DNA from: Phoronis australis
Taxonomy: Eukaryota; Animalia; Phoronida
DNA: 64,000 nt
NCBI GenBank assembly: GCA_002633005.1
Contig: NMRA01000789.1
Location: 1-64,000 of the forward strand
Reading direction: 5' to 3'
A program made the translations under genes and the position numbers. Of this stretch, positions 49,901 through 61,900 are shown piece by piece (the stretch's first letter is position 1; the number at the start of each line of letters is the position of its first letter). The notes beneath the pieces are model-generated. The model made no database searches and was not told where the DNA came from. It saw nothing but the letters and a program-made list of their open reading frames with translations.

Positions 49901-52900
49901 TAAAATGATGGAAAATATATCACCTGTGAGTAAAGAATGACACAAATACGCAAAAGATTTTGGGAACTTAGTGGAGTCCCTATTTTCGACTGTTTTATAC
50001 AACCGGGCACTGGGGTGCACTTCTGTGTACAAGTCAGTAGGCCTACATCAGTTATAGATGTTCATGCCTCACTGTTCACTAGGCTAGCAACAGTGTGGAG
50101 TTTTTCAAAATAAAGTTCGATATTTTGACTGAAATTGATATGGGGAGATGATTTTTTCCTTACTAGTAAGTAGTGAGTGCAGGTTCTAAAACCAGTTTGG
50201 TTAGAGACCAGAACTATTTGTGGCTTCTGACTGAACAAGGCTTTTGTTGTTGCTTCCAGCTACATTAAACAGATGATTAACTGATTAAGATATATGAGGG
50301 CATAGAGGTATCCAGCAGTGTATTTCAATTTACCGTAAAGTATGCACGTGTAATTGGAATTCTGCGGGGAACCAGAAAGTTTTAGCTTGTTAATTGTTCC
50401 ATTAAAGCCTCAGTCCCACTGTCACGATTTACTATACAACACAAAAATATTGGGACAAACTAGCATTTTCCCATAATAACTAATTCTGTTAACAGCAAAA
50501 TTACTGGTAATAACTAATAATAATATAACTAATCGAGTGACAAAATACTGATCCTGCAATGGCTTCAGCCACCTTGCTAACTGACCTGTTAATTCCCCGT
50601 GAGTTCATTTTTCGTCATGAGGGAAGAATACTGTGACTATGAATTTGGCTTCTGCCAAGCTGTTGTGATGGGGGATTTTTGGTCATTTTATCTGAATACT
50701 TTTGGCTTGTAGTGTGTAGCTTATTGTGAGCTAAGGTGTTGGAAATCAGGACCATCTGTGGTGATCTGTAGTGACACCGGCAGTAATTGTATTACATCCA
50801 TGATGAACTGTGGTGATGCATCTAGCTACAGTAGTTTTAATCTGCTTAAAACTACCATAGGTGCCTGTACCTCCACCACAGGCTGTGCATAGCGTAGCGA
50901 CGCTATAGTGATGCCATAACACAGCCCTCATCACTGTAGAATCGCGGTAGGACAACTGTATACCCTACCATACTGAACTGTAGGTATCAGTCCTCGGAAG
51001 TGACTGTGATGAATATCAACAAAACTCTGTGGCAGTGTGACATAGGCATTAATTATTCTCAGTACCATTATTTTTCTTATACCTGTAGAATGATGAACTT
51101 GCTAATGCTCAGAACAACAGATGTTGCTAGAGTGAAAGGGAGTGTCCCAAAGTAGTAGTTATATTATCAAAGCAGCGTTCTGTATAGCTTTAATTGAAAC
51201 ACACATCTCAGCATGCACTCAAAATACTACAGGAACTTAACTGACAGAAGTCAGAATCATAAAAATTGGATGGGCCTGTGTATGAGTCATGCACAGGTAA
51301 CGTGCCGTTCCGTTGCTTATTCTACATTAAAAGTTGAGCCTGCACAGGATAATAGACCCCAGAAGGGGAAATTGGACTCCTAATTGGCATTCCTAATTTT
51401 CCGTTTTCCAAAACTAGGCAATCTCAGGAGAACTGGCTGACATTTGCTGAATTTGCCGGGTTTTCAACAACAGTATCTTGCTTATTTAATTTTCCGCTCT
51501 TGGCATCTATTTATTGTTTGCAAGGTCAAGGACTTTGCAACCTCCAGTACAAGGTGTCATTGTTTTGGCTACCTCAGTTCCGGTTTTACAACCTAGGAAT
51601 TTTGCCAGGTCGCATTTGACGAGTTGTTGTTATGCTAAGCATCAAGCCCTGTTGATAATCAGAATAATAACAAAACTAATTGTGTTGCTAACGATTATTT
51701 TTCAGACCCTTCTTGATGATCCATGCCCTTCTGTGCGTGTTGTGGCTATTCAGGGCGTCTGCCGTATCTGTAATGTATTCTGGGAGATGATCCCGACACA
51801 GACGATACGCACACTCATCGGTAAACTGGTTAACGATCTTGCCTGGGATGCCTCATCTGCAGAGTGTAGGTCGGCGGTGTGTAGGGTGAGTTTGCGGCTA
51901 TTCCAAAATAGTGAAGGATAAGTGATGAATCTAGTCTTAGTTCTTACTAGTAAAAAGCCAGGCTTCTATTTTTTGTTATTCCAACCCCTGGCTTCTATGG
52001 GTGATCAGCTTCTATTAGAAATGGTGTTTATCAACGGTAAATCTCCATTTATTTCGCAAAAAAGAATTGCCAGAACGTGACGTTTTTCTATTTTTCAAGG
52101 GTAAATCAACTCTTTGCTTCAAATAATGGGAGCTTTTGCTAAATGTTGTTTTATTGCTCCTGAACATCATGAACCATGTTAGTATGTATTAGTAGTCTTC
52201 ATACATGTCACATCACGTGACCTATATGTGAGTCACATCATGTGACCTATATGTGAGTCACATCATGTGACCTATATGTGAGCCACATCGTGTGACCTAT
52301 ATGTTAGTCACATCACGTGACCTATATGTGAGTCACATCACGTGACCTATATGTGAGTCACATCATGTGACCTATATGTGAGTCACATCATGTGACCTAT
52401 ATGTTAGTCACATCACGTGACCTATATGTGAGTCACATCATGTGACCTATATGTGAGTCACATCACGGGACCTATATGTGAGTCACATCACGTGACCTGT
52501 AGTTAAGTCTGAAAAGATCTCTGTCCCTACCAGAATTCGAACCGGGTACTTCCTGCTAACTGTTCAGATGCTCTAGTCCACTGAGCTATCATGTTTTGAG
52601 CCCTGGTTGGGTCAGAGATGTTTTCAGACTTAACTATTGGTCACATCATGTGACCAACATATGGCCTGTGTAACATATCAACGCACTGTTTTATCACAAC
52701 GCAATTATTTCTAAACCTTTGTTTTTGTGGATAATTTTGGCTAAGTAGAGTTTCACTTGGCAGCCATATTGTGTGATAGAAATTAATGTAATACTTTTAT
52801 TGATGTTTAGAGTGCCAAGTTTGTATCACGGATACTGACCTCTATTAGTAATAACTTTAAGCTTTGTAAATAAATGTTGAGATAGTTTTCCTTACAAATG

Positions 52901-55900
52901 TGTCAACAGTGAGCTTATTCTTAATTATTTATTCTACCAATCTGTGATACAGATGAAGTACGAAGTCTAGAAATCTTCATACTATTGCAAATGTATACTG
53001 TTGTGCCACTGCACATTGTATATTTCTCCAGGGTCTTGCTAGCCTACTGGATAATCATCTGAGCCATCCACTGCTGAAAGCTCTCTTACCAGAGTTACGT
53101 AATCTGTTCCACGACTCGTCAGAGAGAGTACGTGTCTCCTTCACTGACCTCCTGCTGAAGGTCAAAGGCTTGAGAGCCATCAAGGTAGGGCGCAGCAAAT
53201 GCCTTGAGTGTTTTTGAACATGATTTAAAGTGCTTAAAAGCACCAATTTCATATCAAAATCACCAAAAAACACAACATCAGTTGACCAGCTGCCAAGTTA
53301 GAACACCTGCAAATATTATTTGACGATATGTTAATTAGCTGATCTCGACTTGCGAGCATTTATTGGTTGATACATGCTATGTAGAATCGGGACAAACAAT
53401 CACAGCATTACTCATCCTCCATTGTGTTTAGTGTGAAAAGCCGTCAGATATTGCTGCTTGTTTTGCCTTGGTTTATGGTATAATAAAGAATGATAAAGAA
53501 TGGTGAAGACTTATGTTTGTGATGGTTGTGACAACTCTGTAATTGACCACACTGTGGATCTTCTCACTCTTCTGCGAGACATCAGAGAAGCGACAGCACA
53601 AGTTAGTGCAAGAAACTAGTTCTGGATACGTTCATACATCACTCTCGTGTCCTTGGAGCTAAGAAACTTTCAATTCAAGTTGTTTTTCTTCTATTTTGTT
53701 GTTTTTGGGATATCAAATTCATGGTTGTGGTATGCAGTGCTACAAAGGAAGGTTTAATGATGCTGACAATGTTGTCACGTGTTTAAACAAGATAAATGGT
53801 GGTTTCAAACACGGTACCATGCGTGCACCACGAAAACAAAGTTAATGATGGTTTTAAGCACTTTAACTTCTTTATTGCGACTGTCCTGTTACGAGAAAGA
53901 TGAAATAGTATCGTGCACCTGTCTGCACTCGTATGTGGATCAGTATTGAAATTTCCAATATGTAGCAAGTGTTCAACATTTGTGCGGCGAACGTATAGTG
54001 TCGTAGTTGCTTAATATTTGAAGCTGTTGTGAAATTGGTCCCATTACAAGTGGTTTGAATCAGAAGTGATTCATGGATTTGGAAAGAAGTGGTAGCTTGT
54101 TAGTGCAGAAGTAAAGTGTGTGTGGCATGATATGGTGAATCATTTCATGTGTTGAGCATGGCATGGAACAATATGGAACGGCCTGTCCTCCCCAGGCCCA
54201 CCAACAATTTGAGACTGGTTTTATAACGACTTTTAGCACCTTTAACTAACATTCTTTGTTCCAGTTTTGGTCCGTAGTACCGATCGAACATCTCCTGGCC
54301 CGGCTGGAGATTGATTCGCCTCCTGTCTCGCGTCGTATCGTGAACCTTGTCTTCAACAGTTTCATGCCAACGGATAAGGACAGCGGTACGCAGGTGACTC
54401 GGTGCGTAACACTCCTGGAGACCAACGCGCGCGCCGCTCGCAAGTTCTACCAGTACGCACGTGGTTACATGTCTGTGGAAGAGATAGGTATGATTGATTG
54501 GGAATGCCGTAAGGCAGCACCCTCGTGTGGCCACACACAGAATTATAAATAAAATACCCAGTTCTTATAACACATCCAAGGGTTTAACTTAAAAATCATT
54601 AGAAGTTTTCAAAGGCTTAGATGTTGTCTCTGCCTTCTTCAGTATAGATGGCGCTGCACAAAGTACCGGTACTGCTTCGTAAGCGTGGGACTATAATCTC
54701 AGTCATCCCAGTCCATCGTTAGCTAATTTTTTCTGATATATCTAATGTGTCATAAGAATTGAGTAGTCTGATCATGCAGACATGCGGATGAGTCTTTTTA
54801 GAGAATTATGAGTATTTTGGTGCAAAATTTTATGATTTTTAAAATTTTTTTCATTCCATTCCAAAATTATATGGCTATACTCTGTTCATCTTAGTTGCTG
54901 TGCTAATTACAATTTAAATATTTTCCTTTCAAACCCTCAGCCAAGTTAATGCTGTTACTTTGCCGCTGTTTGCGAGGCTGCCTAACCAATGAGGGTCAAA
55001 GGTCAGACCAAGAGACGAGTCAACTGGATGAGACAGAGAAGGAGAACGACACGACACGTGAACTGTCGCTGAATGACACAGAGATCATGACGGGATTCCT
55101 CGAGACTATCGCCATATTGTGGGCAGGCATTGAGGCGGAGCTACGCAAGGTTTGATTGATAATGACCCAAGGCTGTGTGATTCTGGTCCCTCCTCCATAT
55201 AGTACAGTCCACACTCTCGGGGAAGTTCTGCATTAAACATCATGAAATTGGGTGGGGGGGGGGGAGTGTTGCAGGAGTTGGATGGAAGGGGAGGGAGGAA
55301 ATATGAGATAAAGATTGTGAGCAGTTGTATAAAAATGGACAAATTGAGTTTTGATAAGTTTTCTACAATTTGTAGTGTTTACCATTCTTGAATATGGACC
55401 ATGCAAAAGCTAAATCTGTGTCAAGTAGACATTCTGTTGATTTAAATTAATTTTTGTAGTGTTGACCATTGCTTAATATGGACCATGCAAAAGCTAAATC
55501 TGTGTCAAGTAGACATTTTGTTGATTTAAATTAATTTTTGTAGTGTTGACCATTGCTTAATATGGACCATGCAAAAGCTAAATCTGTATCAAGTAGGCAT
55601 TCTGTTGATTTAAATTTTTTAACATGTCCTTAATAATTTAGTTTACTCAAAATTCACAATATTTTTAATTTTCTATTAAAGCCTGGGTATGCTGAGGTGG
55701 AGAAAAGACTTCATGTCAAGTTTGGTCGGTCTCTCAACGATTTTTTCACAACTTTCACTGACCCGCGTGCTCAGGATGCTTTGATATTCATCGCCGGCTT
55801 CCTGCCGTCCGGCTCCACCTCCTCTGTCAGTCAGACCTGTCTGTCGAAACTTAAGTCCCTCCCTGTAGATTGTGCTGTGGAAGACTTTGGCACAGTCATT

Positions 55901-58900
55901 GAGTCGCTCTGTAGGTGGGGCAAACACAGAGACATTATTGATCTGATCTCTGATTGGCTGATGGCTGGACTCAACCTGGAGCAGGAGTCTGGCCAAAAGA
56001 GCAAACCGAAGGTAAGACTATACTCTCAGAGTCTCTGCCTGCCTTGCCTTACCTATATACAGGCTATCTTCTGAGGTCATCTGTGTCAATTGTTCATGCT
56101 ATGTAAATGCCAAGTAAAGAAAACTAGCACTTGGGCCAAGTATAGAAAGCTAGACAATTGGGCCAAGTATAGAAAGCTAGACAATTGGGCCAAGTATAGA
56201 AAGCTAGACAATTGGGCCAAGTATAGAAAGCTAGACAATTGGGCCAAGTATAGAAAGCTAGACAATTGGGCCAAGTATAGAAAGCTAGACAATTGGGCCA
56301 GGTATAGATAGCTAGCAATTGGGCCAAGTGTAGAAAGCTAGCAATTGTGCCAAGTATAGAAAACTAGACAATTGAGCCAAGTATAGAAAGCTTGCAATTG
56401 GGCCAAGTTTAGAAAGCTAGCAATTGGGCCAAGTATAGAAATCTAGCTAGCAATTTCAAAGTGTCGGTGTTTTTGAAACGCCTAGTACAACATGTATAAT
56501 GAAAAGGTTGCTCCAAAAAGTTGCTATTGCAGGCGAGAAGCCCCAACATTGTATTATCAGAAACTTAACCTTGAACTTTGAATCCACGTATTTCTTCACA
56601 CATTGAAACGTTGCATTGTACAACAACTGAACGTTATCTCAGCCTAAATTTTATTGTTCAGTTCCATGACACAAGCAGTGTGAGATTTATTGAATATGTG
56701 ATATTAGGAAACTCACAATTTTCAGTTTCGTTGTAACAAGCTCTCATTAGTAATAAAAACAACAATGGATTTAAAACGGCTTGACATGTTTCGGTGTCGT
56801 TTATTTAAACGCCATCATCAGAAGAAGATAGAACATAGTGGCCACCTAGCTAGGCCCAGCAACAAGTGATGAAACACAGACACAGTCAGTTACAGGGAGT
56901 GACAATAAACTAGACTTACAATGACAACCTGCGGTGTGCCAGTTGCCTATTGAGATTGGGCTTGCATTAACTGATGTGTAGAGCCTCACAAATTTTAAGC
57001 TCCTTTTTAAATAAACGACACCAAAACATGTCAAGCCGTTTTAAATCCATTGTAGCTACTTGCTATCATGGAAAACTCTCATTAATATTTTCACTGCTGT
57101 CTAGAATGCGCGGCGGAGACGACAGGTAAAATTCACTGAGCCGACCCCACCCAAGCCGTCCCTGGCTCTGCGATACCTGTCCCATCTGGTGAAAGACAAC
57201 GTGCGACACTCCTATTTGCTGGGCAAGGCTAAAGACCAGCTGAGAGAAATCGTAGATCAGCTAAAGATGGTCAAGGTGATCTAGATGTGTAGCCTAAGCA
57301 GATATGCAGTTTAGGTGCAATGGTTGTGTACCTTAGGTGTTCAGCTTTAGTTGCAATGGCTATGTACCTTAGGTGTTCAGCTTTAGGTGCAATGGATATG
57401 TACCCTAGGTGTTCAGCTTAAGGTGCAATGGCTATGTACCCTACGTGTTCAGCTTTAGGTGCAATGGCTGTGTACCATAGGTGTTCAGCTTTAGGTGCAA
57501 TGGCTATGTACCCTAGGTGTTCAGCTTTAGGTGCAATGGCTATGTACCCTAGGTGTTCAGCTTTAGGTGCAATGGCTGTGTACCATAGGTGTTTCAGCTT
57601 TAGGTGCAATGGCTATGTACCATAAGTGTTCAGATTTAGGTGCAATGGCTATGTACCGTAGGTGTTCTGCTTTAGGTCCATGTGCCGTATGTCAATCTGT
57701 GCCTACATCCGATTTTAGGCACACATTCTGTTTTCATGCGAAATACTTGTAGAGTAAGTCCTACTGTTACATAAAAGTAATGTCACCTTCACATGCAGTT
57801 GAATGTAATATGACACCGGATGGCACTGTGTTTTCATAGGTTGACCTCAAACGTCCTAATCTTTAGTTTGCTTGTTCAGGTCTTGATAGAGAAGAGACTG
57901 ACCTCTGATGGCCCATTATCAGAACTGGTGACGGACGACTTTCTCGTGGCTGCTTTTGAAACATATTGCAAAATGGAGGTGGTCTTATACAGCGCGGTGA
58001 GTTTCGTCAAACACATCAGATCCTGTCGCTTGAAAATATGTTTCTGACTGGCTGAAGCCTGAGACATTTAAATGGCTTTACTGATGTAAAATTGAGTGTT
58101 TATTTGTTGTCAGGTGTAAGATGAGTATATTTTGTATGTTCTACCTTGCCGAATAAACGTTACATAGTTACACATTCAATTCATTCATGTGTCTGAAATT
58201 TTTGGTCATAGTTTTCAGTTTTAATAAATTGCATAATATTGCAATAATGCATTATGAAAACAAGAAGATCTGTATTGAAGGTTTCACTAAATTTCAACTC
58301 TATATTTTGTTACACGAAACTCTTTCTTGAAGCCAATAAAAAACTATTATTACACGTTCTTTGCAAATTTATTTGTGTGTCTGGAATTATGGTGCAAAAA
58401 CTCAGGGTATTTGAGCCCAATAAGGATAGTCATATTTCCCAGCCTCACCAAATAGCATGGTGTTGCAATAATGCAAGAAGAAACTCAGGGTATTTGACCC
58501 CAATAAGGATAGTCATATTTCCCAGCCTCACCAAATAGCATGGTGTTGCAATAATGCAAGAAGAAAACAAGATGTGTTGGAGATGTCACTCAATTCATTT
58601 CTTGTAACATGATGCTTTCCAGAAACAAATAAAAAATGATATCTTTCATTAACTGGTGCTTACTTTAGCATTGTGAACATTTTGTTAATATGTTTATTAC
58701 AGGTGGACAAAGACAAATCCACTATTGCAGCATTTGAGCACTTGTTGACTTGGGCTGATATGGAACTTGTGTTTCTATTGTCACGTGATGATAGGACGGA
58801 CGTACAAAAACGAACAGCTGCAGATGTCGAGGCACCGGCACTAGTTGCCTTGACAACCAAGATCGTCAAGGTAACAATGTGTAGCATTCAGTTGAATCAA

Positions 58901-61900
58901 GGACATTACCAGTGACTTTCTCCACAGTAGTGCAAAACAGTGACAATTTTCCTTCCTGTTTTTAAGATAATATCCATGTTTGTTTGATGGTTTGTGTAGT
59001 GTTTAAATACTTGCCTTTACTGGTTTCTTACAGATTTGCATAATCTTTCAACTGGTTTTGTTTTGTTCCAACTCATGTGTATTTTAGAGGTGATTTCTGC
59101 ATAGTGGCTGCAACGAACAAAGTGGTCAATTTTTCAATAATTTGTTGAAACTTATTAAAGAAACAATGTCTTCTAAATACAAACTGTCATGACTGTGAAC
59201 ATGAAACAGGACTAGAGCATCATTCATACACCCATTCATACACCCATTCATGCACACAATCATACACCCATCCATGCACACAATCATACACCCATTCATG
59301 CACACATTCATACACCCATCCATGCACACAATCATACACCCATCCATGCACACAATCATACACCCATTCATGCACACAATCATACACCCATTCANCATGC
59401 ACACATTCATACACCCATTCATGCACACATTCATACACCCATTCATGCACACATTCATACACCCATTCATGCACATTCATACACCCATTCATGCACACAT
59501 TCATACACCCATTCATGCACACAATCACACAGTATCCCGGTATCAATTAACTCTTAAGTAAATTTCCAAATTGTTCCCACGTATGATTAAAAGTTAATAT
59601 AATACAGATTGTCCCGAAAGTGGCTTAAACTAGTGCCTATAATTTTTATGCGCCCACATATTTATATGTGGACGCATTATGCCGTCATCTCCGTTTGTCC
59701 GTCCGTCCGTCCGGGCGGCGTCCGCTGCTCTATCTCCAAAACCCTTTGACTTACCTTCATGAAATTTGGCACATATGTTCCATTCATGAATGGGACGGCA
59801 TGTGCGAACTTTCGGACGGATCCGACTACCGGTGTGCCCCCTAGTGGCAATTTTAGTTTTTTACGCTTACCTTTGTATCTTCAAAAGTCCTGAACGGATT
59901 TTCATGAAATTTGGTATGTAGGCACCTATTAGTGAGATGACGCTATCCTCCCGTTTTCAGATGGATTCGACATAGTTTGCGCCACCTAGTGGCCATTTTT
60001 AGTGTTTTAGTGTGCGTCCACCCCTCTATCAACCAAACTGCTCAAAGGATGATTGTGAAAATTGGCATGTATATCAGGGCTTGGAATTTTCCGCGGAAAC
60101 GCGGATTTCTGCTTTTTTCAAATGTTCTGTCCGCACATTTTATTATATTTCCGCGTAAAAAAAATCGGATTTGATGTAAAATTTCCGCAGCAAATTCCTT
60201 TCTTACCGCGGCGTTGCAGACGATGTTCACCTCGAAAAGCGGAAGTTGCTGTTTATGTTTCGGTGGAACGTAAATTGTGAACATTGCCGGGGCATCTGGG
60301 ATAGCGTGTGGGATTTTCAATGGCGTCTCGTGTTATTGTAAACCGCAGCGACAAATACTACGGCTGTGCAGCCAAAAATGTGTGGGTTGGGAGTGGACGG
60401 ACGAGCTAAAAGAACGCAGACGCATGCTGCTGATGGTGGTAACGTTTTCAGATGGATTCGACATAGTTTGCACCACCTAGTGGCCATTTTTACTGTTTTC
60501 GAGTCTGTATTTTTGCGTCCACCCCTCTATCAACCAAACCGCTTAAAGGATGATTGTGAAAATTGGCATGTATGTGCTTACTATAAAGAAGACAGCTGAC
60601 AATGATTTTCAGATGATTTGGACTACTGTGGCGCCTCCTAGTGGCAGTTTTGTTTTTTTTTGCGCCTATGGCTGTATCTCCTAAACCGTTCACAGTATCT
60701 TTACGAAATTTAATAAGTGTATTTATATGATTTTAACAACAGACGATGACGACTTTTGGACAGATCCGCCTACCAGTGTGCCCCCTAGTGGCAATTTTAT
60801 TTTTTTACGTCTACCTCTGTATCTTCACAAGTCCTTAACGTATTTTCATGAAATTTGGTATGTAGGCACCTATTAGTGCGATGACGCTATCCTCCTGTTT
60901 TCGGATGGATTCGACCTAGTTTGCGACACCCAGTGGCCATTTTTACTGTTTTTGAGTTTGTTTTTTGGCGTCCACCCCCCTATCAACCAAACCGCTCTAA
61001 GTATGATTGTGAAAATTGGCATGTATGTTCTTACTATGAAGAAGACGGTTGACGCTGAATTTCCCATGACTTTGATTACTGTGGCGCCTCCTAGTGGCAG
61101 TTTTTTGCGCCCATGGCTGTATCTCCCAAAGAGGATCTTTACTAAATTTAGCAAGTGTATTTATGTGATGTTGACAACGGACGATGACGACTTTAGGATG
61201 ATTCTGACTACCGGTATGCCTCTAGTGGCAATTTAAGTATTTTACATTGACCTCTGTATTTTCATAGGTCTTCAGGTGTATACTTTGTGTTACTTCGTGA
61301 CTATGAAGGAAAAGTTCCAAGTAGAAATTTGTTTCTGGCATTCTAATGCTGTGCTAATCTCGTATGTTGGTAAATTTGTTTTTGATTCTATGTTTCTGTG
61401 GTGCTTTAAGCAACTGATGTATAGGATGTGCTTGTATTATGAAGATCACTCACATTTTGCCCCTAGCCTATTGAGGAGACAATGACCATGCCTTTCCATT
61501 TTGCAAAGTACAACATACTACATATATGCCCTCTACTGGCCGGTGCAATTGTGGGCGCATTTCAACGCTCTGCGTTGCTCTTGTTTTTGAATGGAGGCAT
61601 TAACTTCAGTTTGATGTATTAAGCACAATATGCTGATGTTGGAAGTTTTCGGGACGAGGAGGCGGGAAATAATGTCTTTAAAGATGGCTCAGGTGAGCTG
61701 ACAAGTCTTAATTGAGAGAAAAATCTTTCTACTATGAATTCAAGCGCTTTTACAATAGGTGTTGGAAATGGCCCCCCATCATCATCTAAGCACAACATGA
61801 TGCTTCTTTCCAAATTGGAAAACTTGCAGCTCTATGGTAATATATATCCGTTGAGTGTGAAATTGACACGGTGCCAAAAAAGATAACGCTGATCAGTAGC

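Noticed and set aside
48965-50030. Possible Tc1/mariner-like element starting TACAGGGTG
   Set aside because: No convincing matching right TIR or recognisable transposase motif was found.
54145-54534. 129-aa minus-strand ORF overlapping NCAPG2 exon 12
   Set aside because: It is the antisense shadow of a GC-richer coding exon and has no recognisable domain.
52207-59525. Regularly spaced short repeats as possible CRISPR arrays
   Set aside because: The units are contiguous with no unique spacers, they lie in introns of a eukaryotic gene, and no cas genes are present.
56086-59561. Repetitive ORFs (WAKYRKLDN, MAMYPRCSALGA, MNGCMNVC, HEWVYECV)
   Set aside because: These are translations of minisatellites whose unit lengths are multiples of three. 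They are open in several frames and intronic.
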